This document shows positions 1-12,482 of a stretch of 64,000 nt of DNA, piece by piece. The DNA is taken from contig CM022679.1 of assembly GCA_012295275.1 (NCBI GenBank), positions 29,884,001 to 29,948,000 of the forward strand, in the 5' to 3' direction. The stretch is from Chrysomallon squamiferum. Its lineage: Eukaryota; Animalia; Mollusca. The number at the start of each line of letters is the position of its first letter. Position 1 is the first letter of the stretch. Below the pieces are notes generated by a model. That model did not search any database and was not told the DNA's origin. It saw only the letters and a list, made by a program, of their open reading frames with translations. The position numbers were made by a program, and so were the translations under genes.

Positions 1-696
1 CAAGAATGACTTTTATGAAGTGTTTTGTTATGATACTTATTGTAACATCTGCAACAAAGGTAAATCCTTCTCAAATGTATGTCTGTCTTCTGATTTCAGT
101 ATATATCTTATTAGAATGTATGTGCTGTAAACGCATGTACGTTCCAGTGTATTTGGATGTAAATGGGTCTGTACACAGACACACACACATATACACATAC
201 ACTCGCACTCAGATGTATTTGTTTGTATAGGTTTGGTTGCTTCATGTCACTAATTATGACTTATATAAAAACAGTTAAATGTGGGAGGATGTAAGTAAAG
301 ATAGTCAGGTGAATAACTGACGTGTGTTATTTTTTTTTAATCTTCTTTTCTTTACAGTCTTTGGTTTTACAATACATTTTTATATGTATTATTACATTAC
401 TTTTTTCTAGCCAAGAAACAAGAGTGTTAATTTTGAACAAAAGCATTAGTGGATACAATGTGAAATGGAAAATGTTTAGTTACAAACATTAAACAAGGAT
501 GAGAAAGTTTTCAGAATGTAATCACTTTTGTTTCCTCAGTAGGAAATTAAGGTCAATGCGTCCAGTGAAACTTTTAGTTTATAAAGTTAGTAAAAGTATA
601 AAAACTAATTTGTAAATTGCAAAAGCTATCAGAGATGAAAGCAGTCAGGGTAAGTTGATGATGAATAATAATGAAAGATTCATGTAACAGATCAAA

Positions 697-3600
697 TCAG
701 TTTTCCACAATTTCGTAGGGTTGCAGTGTAGCATATGGTCTTTCTCTTCGTTCCTGGAGGCTGTCATAAGAATGATCTGGCTCTGTAAGTATGTCTGACT
801 CAGGCTGAACACTTTGTCTGGACTCCTGATCACTGTTATTCAGGTTAGTTTCATTTGCAACTTCATAAAGATCCAAGTAATCATATGCTGCCTCATTATG
901 AGTTCCTGTATCAAATGGTAAAATACTCTGATTAGTCATAATATTAAAATCAAAGAAATATAAAACTTTTGTGTCAGTATCAAAATTAGTGTATGTTAAC
1001 ACACTGTCACTACAGATTTGGTACATAGTCACTGCATGCATAGTAAAACTATAACAAATAAGTCATAAATAATTATTAAGGTAGATTTTGAAATTACGTT
1101 TTGGGGATCAAATAATTAGTTATGCTTTCAAAATAATTAACTATTACCTAAAGTAATACAGACTTACAACACAAGCGACAGACACAAACAAAATTTTAAT
1201 ATTCATAGAATGAATGACATTGTACATACCACTGCTAACCTCCTCTCTCCTCCTGTTATCTAGATGTCTACAACAGAGATGAATAAGTAAATAAGTTAAT
1301 TAATTAATCAAAAACAGTATATAAAATTAATTAATTAAAAACAATAAATAAAATTAATTAATAAAATGATAAATTTAATCATTTCACACTTTACTGTGAA
1401 TTTAAAAGCAAAATACAACAAGTTACACTTACGTATATGTTTCATCCTGCTTTTTATCTGAAAAACAAAATTAAACATTTTGCATTATAAAGCAGCTGGC
1501 CAACTGTATTCAGATGTAAATATTTATAAAATAACCTGCATAAAATTACCAGTATAAATGTACCACTGAGTTGTAATACCATGCTAAACTACTGTATATT
1601 AGTCAGTGACTTGGACACATTCTCAGTAATATTCTCTTCAGCATCACTGTCACATGACCTGAGAGTGCTTAGTGGATGACTGAAATAAGTTCAAGAATCA
1701 AAATTTAAAATTACCACTTACTATTTATTACTGTTTAAAATTATTATGCAGTGATGATAAAAATAAAAATAAGTCTGCAGTCTTTGACAACACTGCTTCT
1801 CAGACATTTTTAAACTGTTTTTCATATAGTCTCTGATCCATGGATACATGTTTTGTGGATTCTCATGAACAGAAAGTTCTGACGGTGGAAGGAAAAATGT
1901 TAATCTGATGACTTTAAGTTATCATTAATAATAGCTAATTAAAAAAAAGAAGAAGAAGAAAGAAACAACAGAGACACAAAATCTCAGAAATGAATAAAAC
2001 TATGCCACAATATATAACTTACACACAGACACAAATATACACATGTATGTAGATAAGGACAAATATTCTTATATCACAGATACAAATATATATATCTTAA
2101 AAACACAGTATATTTATTATTACACAGACACTAATATACATATCATTATACAGACAGAAATATAGATATCACTATACAGACACAAATGTCCTTAGTACAC
2201 AAACACAGATATAACATTTTTATATACTTACTAATAGTTATACAGACAGTTATACATATTATTAAACAGACACAAATATAGATATCATTACACAGACACA
2301 AGTATACATATTTACACAAAGACACAAATATAAATATTCTTTTTTAAGTGCAGAAAACCCAGAACCAGCATAAAACAGAATAGCAAGCAAAAAGATTTGA
2401 AGGTAACTTTATAAGTTGAATCACCACCATTGTACTGATTCCTGGAAGGAGAACTAAGCTGACAGTTCAGTTTAGACAAAATAGTATGTTACCATAGAAC
2501 TGTTCATATTTACTATCATTGTCAATTTAATTTTACAAGCTTCTGAATTTTAGTTATATTTTACCCCTGCTTTGTCCTGTCACCTGACCTGTAGTATATC
2601 TCACTGAGCAGATCATTTCCCTGAACTTGTACAGGACATAACTTTACTTTCCTACAGCTTTTGTATCAATGATTGTTAACACTCTATTTCCTTTTAAAAC
2701 ACAGATTAATAAAGTAAAAAATGTAAAGATCTAAAACAGTTTAGACTGCGAATTAACTGAGCAATTATCTTACCTATTTTAGAAATTAAACAACCTTGCC
2801 TTCGTAACAGTAAAATGATGACTATAAATACGAAAGATGTAACAACAATCCCAGACACACTCCCAATAATAATATAAATTATTTTTTCTGGCAGTGCATC
2901 TGATTTAATATCTGAAAATAAAATAATAATAAATAACACAACTGAAAAACAAAAAACATTTATTAGTAAAAACACTTTTTTTCACTATTATTATTTACAA
3001 AATATTAGTTACACTCACATTTCTCAAGGTAAATACCTTTCCTCAATGACAATAAAAATATCAAATTGAATGGTACTCTCAAATGGCCTAAAACATTTTG
3101 TAATTGTACTTGCAGGTTGTTCCTTTATTAAAATCTACTGACCAATCTTTGCTAATGATAAAGTTTACATTAGATTTATTAAGTATGAAATTGTATTTTT
3201 CATTTAATAGCACATAACTTTTTTCTTTCAAATGTAAAAAACAACACAATGCTTTTATATTTTGTAAACTGTGTTTTCATCAAAAAACAAATAAAAGCTG
3301 TATGAACACCATTCAGTCACGATATTAATCCCACAATGAAAATAAATTTGATAGATTAATCTGATTTGTTACTTTGGTATAAAAGTGATGTAGTTTTTCA
3401 CATGTTTATCAATTTTTTTAGTGATTCAGTATTTCTTCTAACCAGAACTGGTAAAATGTTAAATAATCATATATATCAATACCCAGAAACATAATCGGAA
3501 ATTTTTTTTAAACTTTTTAAATGCAAAAACTTGTCAATAGAGAATAAAATCTCTTTAAAGTTACAAAATTAACTCAAAGGTAATTAACTTTTGCATCTAA

Positions 3601-6600
3601 GGTAATAAGGATTTAACAGAGTTACCAAGATTACAGTCAGAGGCCTGTGTTGAACCTTCTCCTGCTGTAGTTTTGTTGTTAAATGTTTTGTATATTTCTT
3701 ACCATAATATACAGTTTGTATTTATATGACTAAAATTTACTTCTAGGAATATGTAGAGCATATTTATAGTTTTCTTTCCATTTTTTTATGTTATTTTTTT
3801 TCCTTTTCTCTGAAAAATGACAAAATCCTATACAAACAATACATCTGGATGATTTTGACTTTCTAATATGAATGTACACAAGATGACAGTAATTACATTA
3901 ATAATATATCCACTGCAGAAAATGTGATTATAATCTTTATCTGTTGATACTTACATTCACAAACAGTTCCATTTCCTACATAGTCAGAGTTGCATGTGCA
4001 TACAGAAGCATTTGGAGTATTTTTACATGTAGCATGTATGGAACACTTTGGCTTGTTTATTTCACAAAGGCCTGTAAATATTTTGAATAAATTCAGTATG
4101 TCCAAATTGAAATCCTTGTCAAATTATAAATTGATATTGTTTTATTTTTAAGAAATAAATATTCTGTTTAAATATTCTATTAAATAAAAAAAACATCTGT
4201 AATATGTCAAATCACTGTTTTGTGTGTATATCTTTCTTTTTTTATTATTAAAATGATGACAACAATTTCATTAATTATTATGAAATATGATATTTTAAAT
4301 TATACATTATAGTTTGATTTGAAGTCAATATATGAATTTACACCTTTACAGTCAGATCTTGATGTCTTGCCACTTCCATTTGTAAAATATCCTCCTGGAC
4401 AAGACTCACATGAAAAGGAATTTGCAGCAGGTTGATATGTATCTTTAGGACACAACTCACAGGAATTTTCAGTATGACTGAAATACTGACCTGCAGTGCA
4501 TGGTGCTGAAAAAAAGATTGAAATTTAATTGAAATGAGATTAAATCAGTATTATTAACCAAATATGCCCATACATTACAAAATAAAAACAACTAAATCCT
4601 ATAAAAATAACACATCTGAATGATTCTGACTTTCTATTACCAATGTACACAAGATGATAATATATCCATTGCATATTGCAGAAAATACTCTCAATAACTT
4701 TATATGAACCATAAAAATTTGGGGGGGCTTTTAAATGTTATAATAATAATTGTAAAATTGTCAAGACTATTTTAATCATTAAAAATATATATATATTGAT
4801 AAATACTTACAAACAGAACATTCATTAACTGAAACAGCTTTTGTTCCTTGTGTGGTCAAGCCATTGCTACAGTTAACACACTTCCAGGTCTTGGAACTAT
4901 CACGGTATGTACCAACTGGACAGTCCACACAACGGTCATTAACTTCATCGAGTTCCTGTCCAGATGGACAATTACCTTAAATTGTAAAAAGTTCAGATTT
5001 AATTTTTGTTACTGAAACCAAATTACTCCACAAAAATGATTACTTCTCAATGGCAGAACAAATTTCTTCTAAAACAATGACAACTCATTTCAAAACAATT
5101 TATAAAGAAATAACATCTTTAAATAATTTATAACTATAAACGGAATTTATTAAGACTGGATATTAAGTTAAAACATAAAAATTGTTGACAATTTGTTCTT
5201 AAATTTTATCAAGTTATGTAACCTGTAAATGCTATTGTAAAATGTTCTGTTGAAATTTCATCCCTAGACAAGATAAAGTTTGTTAGACACATAACATTAA
5301 CTGTGATTCATGTCTGTTTGTTCTGTTTTTATTCTAAGTGGCAAGCAAGTAAAAAATTAACATCAATTCTCTTAGTAATTATTTTAAAATTTTCACAAAA
5401 ACTGAACAAAAATGTCATAGTCCACAAAAGCATAATTTTTCCAGTAATTGTCACACTTAATGTTTCAAACCTCTTTCTTTTACAGTGTTTATATTCAGAT
5501 AAAAAAATTAAAAAATCCACAACATACGAAGACAACTTGCAGCTGATGTACTTCCTTTCTCTTTAGTTGTATAATTGTTTGAACAATGGATACAGGACTC
5601 CATCCATTTTTCATTCTGATAGCTCCCTCGATCACACTTTGTACACTGATTAGTAAAACGATTTCTGTAGTAACCAGGGGTTGTGCAGTTTGCTGTGAAA
5701 TGTTAAAATATATTAAAATATTATAAGTGATATTTCTCTATATACTGCTTACTTGCTAAATACATTACATGTGATACTTATTTACAAAGTTTTGCTAGCA
5801 ACGTGATATATATTAATAATTTTGTTTGAAATCTCTGAATTTAAATTTAATGAAAAGTTTCCATTTTCAGCTATCATTTCCAAAATTTCATTGTATGAAA
5901 TGAACAGTTCTTATTACTGAAGAACAGTAGTAACTACCATAAAAGTAATAATTTTAGACAGAACATTCAGAAGATTGTACATAAAATGAAATTTTTTTTT
6001 TTTCAAAGATCATTTATAATAAAATGATTTGCTTATTACAAAATCTTACCTATAGAACAGTCAGATTTACTTGTAGCTCCTGTCCCAACAGTAATAACCT
6101 CAACAGGACACAATGTACACATGTAATTCTCTTTGTTCTGGTTGTCCTGGTAATAGCCACGTTGACAGGGAGTACAAGACTTGTTGACTATCTCCTCACC
6201 AGCTTTGCATTTAGCTGTAATGGAAAAATATGAATAAGTATCTAATATTAGTTACTAAGCAGTTTAGTACATTATTAACAATAATAAATTTCACTGCATT
6301 ATTTTTGTTGTATACAACTATAAAATCAGATGTATAATTACTTTAATTTTTATTGCCTTTTTAAATTATAGAGTCAGTTCAAGTAAAAAAGTATTAAATA
6401 ATATAAAAGCAGTACTGAGAAATTAACTTTCAAGAAATGTTCAAGCATTCTGAGTCATGTCATTTCTTAATTTTATTTCCTTGTCAATAAAAAAAATAAT
6501 GTTTGAATTCAAAAACAAAAAATTAAAACAAAAATGTAAATAACCAGGACATTTATCTTGCCATTTGTCAGGCTGATAAAAACCATAATCACATTCCAAA

Positions 6601-6746
6601 CAGTCATTATTATTTCGGAAATAACCATCAAACAGCCAACTATTTTTAATGTTTTTTAAAAAGATAAAAAAAAATGAGAAGAAATTAAATAAAATTCAAT
6701 AGTGAGTAATTAATTACAATGTAACTGGTACAAAAATAAAAAATAA

Positions 6747-6799
<53 letters not shown>

Positions 6800-8621
6800 T
6801 TAAAATAAACATAAACATAAATAAACAAATATATAAATAAATAATTAAATTATTTTTTCTTAACCCAGATTTTGAAAACTGAAATTCATCTAACATGGTG
6901 AAGCTAATCTAAGTTGTGGACCACCCTCATCTTCTTTTCCTGGTGGACAGGACACTGAAATATTTATTTTGCATTAACTGTCTGAAAGACATTAATGCTA
7001 ACACTGCAGAACAAAATGAATTCCCTATTCCTTGTTGTTAAATTATTTGTTTTATTTTATGATTATTACTATTAGAAAGAATACTGAATTAATGAAATTA
7101 TTTATATACTTCAAGAAACAAAAAGTATAAGAAGTCCCCAAAAAGAAAAAGAAAAAAGAAATGTGACAAAAGTAGATGGACAGAAAAATAAATAAATAAA
7201 AATAGAAATATATTAGAAACATCCACCAAACCACCTGTTCAAAACAAAAAGATGAAACAATATATATTAAAAAAAAAAGTAACTATTTTTTTTCTGCTTT
7301 TTTATTTTAACCCCATTTACAACACATAAAGTTAGTATGGAAAATTAAAAAAAAAATGAGAATAAATAAATAATAAAATAAAGAGAATCTATTTCAGAAA
7401 ATAAACTTACATATACAGTTTGTTACACTAGTTGAGCCTTCGTTTAGAGTTGTTTTATCTCTGTCACACTGAGTACAGCTGTCACTCCATTTTGTGTCAG
7501 AGTAACTACCCTTGGGACAGATTTTGCATTTATCACTTTCAAGATAATAACCAGCAGTGCAATTTTCTGAAAATCACAGTAGATAAAAGTTACACTTGTT
7601 GTATATTCTAAGCCTTTTAGACACTCTTACCTTCACTGTATATATCAAACTAATAAAGCAATTATAAATTGATGCTGATTAGCTTGGATGTTGAATAACT
7701 TTAAATAAACCAGTTCACCCATTTTTTTAATGTTACAAAGGTACAAAATGTATATACAAATTTGTCCCAGGAACCAGCACTCACCAACAGTACATTGTGA
7801 TTCTGATGTGGCCCCTTTCCCTGCAGTAATATAGGATGAGTTTGAACAAACTGTACACATGGAGAACACATCAACATCATTGTCTTTGAAATAACCTTGA
7901 TCACAAATTTCACACGAACCAGTATCTGGATTTTTTTCATAACCAGGATCACAATAAGCTGGAAATGAATATGGCAAATCAATTATTATAACAAATTAAA
8001 ATTTTTGATCATTAGCAATAATTGTAAGAAAATAAAAAAATGTAAAAAGTGTTTTAATGAACGTTTTTTTCCAGTTATATCAGTTAAATATTGAATAATT
8101 ATAATTTTAATGTTGATGAATAAAATTTTGAAGATATTTGGTTGTTATATTTAGTTAAAATATCTGGAAACATATTATTATAAATATACTGAATAAATTT
8201 AAAGAAAGAAAAAATCTTCCATCCATGAAAACCTCCCAAAACAAAATATAAAAATTCTTTACAGAATAAAATTATTTTTCCATTGCTAAAGTAACTAATA
8301 TGAATATAAATGTTTATCTGGATAATTTGTATCTTCACACCAGTTGATGATATAGCAATATATGAAAGACTCATTTAGACCATTACACAACACATTTTCA
8401 GTGCTACTGACACTGTGCCAATGATTTATTCTATAATACAAGGTTAAATGTTTACCTACCCAAACAATCTGCTTCCAGCTTTGAACCTTCTTGTTTGGTG
8501 GAATGTTTGTTTGAACAATTCAAACATTGTTTCTGATAAGGCTTTGGTTGATATTGGCCACGTGGACAAATGTCACAACCACTGTTATCAGACTTGATCT
8601 TGTAACCAGCAATGCAGTTTC
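697..8621 (-). CDS. Type-I membrane receptor: 7 ephrin-receptor-like (GCC2/GCC3) Cys-rich repeats + EGF + TM + ITAM-bearing tail; 5' end not self-contained
   Basis: Hand-spliced GT-AG exons: 8460-8621, 7785-7958, 7411-7566, 6050-6214, 5528-5692, 4811-4975 and 4344-4505. Each is phase 1-1 with pattern C..G......C..C..G.Y........C..C....T...G......C. Then EGF 3955-4071 (LCEINKPKCSIHATCKNTPNASVCTCNSDYVGNGTVCE), TM 2774-2911 (IIYIIIGSVSGIVVTSFVFIVIILLLRRQ), micro-exons 1433-1457 and 1230-1267, and last exon 697-905 (TGA). The frame is open through all junctions. Confidence 0.85.
2010..2335. repeat. Degenerate ~26-bp tandem repeat (ACACAGACACAAATATA...)
   Basis: Recurrent CAGACACAAATATA motif in a receptor intron. 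Confidence 0.7.
6540..6954 (-). pseudogene. Two decayed Cys-repeat pseudo-exons inside a receptor intron
   Basis: The acceptor at 6954 gives SCPPGKEDEGG, then divergence and a stop. The acceptor at 6639 gives GC-frameshift-DGYFRNNNDCLECDYGFYQPDKWQDKC, truncated. Confidence 0.65.
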
Positions 8622-9014
8622 CTGCAACAGAAATACTCAAGTGATGAAGTAATTCATAATGAACTGGTTTAGACAACAATCATTTAATGTCTGACTAATG
8701 TAACACAAGTATTTATTTTGTGATCACAATAAAGCTAACTTAAATTATTTATTAATTATTTGCTTGTCATGGTAAATACTGTATTAATATTGAAAGATTT
8801 TTAAATGAACATTGGAGAATATTTGTAAATTAATGGACAATCATTAATAATAATATCAGTAACCTTATTTTACTGTTGTAATAATATATGATCGTTATAG
8901 ATAAGTAATGTTAGCAGGTAAACTGCTGAAATCCAGGAATGAGAATTAATTTAATTCAATCATTACAACAAATTAATGATAATCAAGGAAACAAAATGTA
9001 TTGTTTTAAAATTA

Positions 9015-9095
9015 GTCAGTGACTCTCAAACTGGTTTCAGTCTTCTTTGGTCTATTGAAATAACCAGCTTTCAGGTACAAAACTTGGCTCTTTAA
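9015..9095 (+). pseudogene. Inverted fragment of the small gene's last exon + 3' UTR
   Basis: TCAGTGACTCTCAAACTGGTTTCAGTCTTCTTTGGTCTATTGAAATAA...CAGGTACAAAACTTGGCTCTTTAA matches the reverse complement of 16199-16279. Confidence 0.8.
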
Positions 9096-9344
9096 CAATT
9101 TGGCCATCCTTACTTCATTGTTAATATATTATTATTATTATTATTATGATTATTATAAAGATAATATAAAGACAAAAGAATTTAGAGATAAATTTTGTAA
9201 TTGTATGTTTGAGTCTCTCTATTTGTTTTCTGGCTCTCCACTTGTATTTTTTTTTTTTTTCAGACTTGAACACGATCATAGAGACTTTTTTTCTAAAGAA
9301 ATATACTTGTTACTTCTAAATGATGTAAAAATGAAAAAAGCTGA

Positions 9345-9809
9345 TCATTTCAACAGTCCAAAGAAGAGTGAAACCAGTATGAGAGTCACTGACGCAGTCA
9401 CCAAGGTGCCGTCTCATGAAATAATAATAATAATAATAATAAGAAGAAGAAGAAGAAGAAGAAGAAGAACAACAACAACAACAAGAGTAACAACAACAAC
9501 AAAATTAATAATAATAATAACAACAAGAACAACAACAACAATAATAATAACAAGAAGAAGAAGAAGACGACGAAAACGAGGAATATCGTATCAACATCAA
9601 CAACAACAGCAAGTGAGAAAAGGTTGTCATTTTCCAATAATTGTATTAGGTTTGCAAAAGCGTCATTCGTAAACTGGCGAATAATAATTTGTGATATTCT
9701 GTGGTCAGACAATATTTATTATCTTTTACTTACACAAATAAAACACTGTAAAGAGCAAAAAGTCTAAACTGTAAAATCATGTTATGATGATGTAATATTC
9801 AACAACCAC

Positions 9810-9850
<41 letters not shown>

Positions 9851-10538
9851 AGACACAGCAAGAACACAATCTATGTTTATACTATGTTTTCAAGATGTAT
9901 AAATAATTATTACCACAAACAGTGGAGAGCTGTTTCTTAATAGCGGTTAAAATGGCGTTTCCAGAACAGCCAGCGCTGTCAGTACAGTCAACATATGCTG
10001 TAAATAACCTAGGATTAAATATATATATAGATATAAGAATACAACAGTATTATCTTGAGTTTTAATAAATAAATAATAAAGTTTTAAATTTTCGTTTTAA
10101 AAATGCCTCCACTCACTGACACTGTTTGCTGAGATCCCAGCCTGCAGCAAAAATATCACTTTGATATTTCGATGTACATGTGTCACATTCACCATTCACC
10201 ATAACAGCGACACCTAGTGAGAGAAAAATAATGTTTCTTTTAGTAAACTCTGTAACCTCGCTTGCTAATGTTTTGCAATCACCATTTCTCATATTCTCAC
10301 TTTCTTTCTTTCTTTATCTTTCTCTCTCAGTCTCTTTTCTGTCGTTTTCTCTTTCATTCTGTCTATCAGTATATCTTGTGACTCTACTTATGTATGTCTG
10401 TTAACGAATGTATTTATTTATATATCTCTGTCTATCTGACTGTCTATCTCTGGATTGATTTATCGATTTCTATCTACCAACTTTTCTCTCATCCATGTTC
10501 TATCACCCTCTCTACGTAATTAGTCGGATTTACCCAAA

Positions 10539-10620
<82 letters not shown>

Positions 10621-10725
10621 ATAATAATAATAATAATAATAATAATGAAAAACATCATAAACACAATAAATTAATCTCTTACACTTACCAAACAAAAAGA
10701 CTAATACCAACATTACAGGCTTCAT
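9345..10725 (-). CDS. Small secreted/GPI-anchored 6-Cys protein, copy 1 (98 aa)
   Basis: Exons 10689-10725, 10117-10213, 9914-10008 and 9345-9412 join in frame: MKPVMLVLVFLFGVAVMVNG-ECDTCTSKYQSDIFAAGWDLSKQCQLFTAYVDCTDSAGCSGNAILTAIKKQLSTVC-DGTLVTASVTLILVSLFFGLLK*. It has a signal peptide and a hydrophobic C-terminus, and the structure is conserved in copy 2. The last acceptor is a weak GAG. Confidence 0.75.
10539..10646. repeat. (ACT)n(AAT)n microsatellite (paralogue at 17543-17698)
   Basis: Direct inspection. Confidence 0.95.
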
Positions 10726-11996
10726 GTTAGCAGCTAAATGATCACCAGCATACAAAAATGAACCAAGTCAGTCAGTCGGTCAGAAATTAATGTGCTGCAG
10801 AGAAGCTAGGTGAGAAAGTATTTTAATGTGGCCGTCAAGAGACGAAGTAAAGGGTAGAGCTAAGGTAAACACATTTTCTTTTTTTTTAGCTCACTCTCGC
10901 TTTCTTTATTATTTTTTTTTTTAAACTTTTTAAACTTAATTACAGACATCACTTTTGTGTCGGGTTTGAATGACAGGATTCCCTTTTTGTAACGCTCAAT
11001 TTTAATAGTGGTTATAAAATAATAATTCCTTCCCAACGAAATATTTCTAATCAGATCACGTTCAGTATTGGCAAGATCTGTTTCTTAGGAAGGTTAAACA
11101 GATAAAAAGTAGAGCGCACCCTCGTTTTTTTTCTTTCGATTGCCTACGCATGAATATGTGTATATATTATGTATGTGTGTGTTAATGCATGTATTATGTA
11201 AATAAGTATGTATGCATGTGTACAATTATGTAGTACTTACGTACGTATAAATGAATATATATATGCATGCATGTATAGTTGTGTGCGCGCTTGTTTGTGT
11301 GTATGAGGGTAAGATATGTTTATTCTGTCTGTTGTTGTAGTTGACAATAGATAAACCGACTGACAGACAGACGATGTATCTAAACACATAAGTAAGTATA
11401 AATAAAGACAAGTGAATGATTTATCAGTTTTATTGTATTTAACATCACAGTTATCATCTCTCGTGATTATCTCCTGTTCATTTACACAGAAAATCGTTTA
11501 TCATCACTTTGTGTTAAATAATTAATTTTCTAAAAAGAACGCTATGTATTCAAATATCACAGGTATTTGTATAATTTGTATAATAGGGTTATATGTAGAC
11601 ACGAATTGTGTACAGATCAGTGTTCCGTATAGCCTGAGTATTTTCTTGGGTATGAAACAGCTCTAACGGGATTTTGTTTATATATCGCTTGTTCTTTGTC
11701 TGATGTACTCGGGCTATGAGCAAAATCACAATCAAAGTTTTAGTTTAACTATCATACAGCAGTTTTTGGTAATAACAGCTCAACAGTATTTTCAGATTTG
11801 TATCATTCATTGAGGAATTTCTGTATCGTATTTCACTTCACTTGCTAGACATTCTATGAAACAACAATACAACATTCCTTCATTCTAATTATGTTATATT
11901 GGTTTAAATTTAAACGAGAAACATTCAAGTTATTCACAATATTTAACATTATTTTAAACTAGAAACTTTTTATTTTAATTTTATTTTTAATTATTA

Positions 11997-12065
<69 letters not shown>

Positions 12066-12420
12066 TTTTTGTCTTACATCAAACAATTCAAAATCTTGAA
12101 ATTAAAGGAATTTAAATTAAAATTAATAAAAGAAAAACAAAAGAAAGAAAGAATTATATTGCATTATAGGACAACAACGTAATTAATTTTTATTTAATTG
12201 TTTCACTGAGGTAAACTGGAAACAAAGAAAAACATTTAAATTATGTCTCTTTGTCTTATCCTAAATTAGAGAAAAAACAACAATATATATACTGTCCTAT
12301 ACAGTCTAAAAGTTACAAACAAAATAAAAATTCAGAAGTAGTATTAATGTATAGAAAGTGTATGGCTATAAAACAAACAGGATAAACGAATAACATACTG
12401 CTGCTGCTACTGCTACTACG

Positions 12421-12482
<62 letters not shown>

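Noticed and set aside
9100-9712. ORFs 9100-9672(+) and 9398-9712(-), and paralogues 16214-16650
   Set aside because: They are held open by trinucleotide repeats. The conserved part is the antisense of the real last exon, or duplicated intron sequence.
9733-9746. Potential 12-nt micro-exon (tttacag TGTTTTATTTGT gtaagt) in small gene copy 1
   Set aside because: The donor is absent in copy 2 and the exon is not needed for frame. It is unsupported without RNA data.
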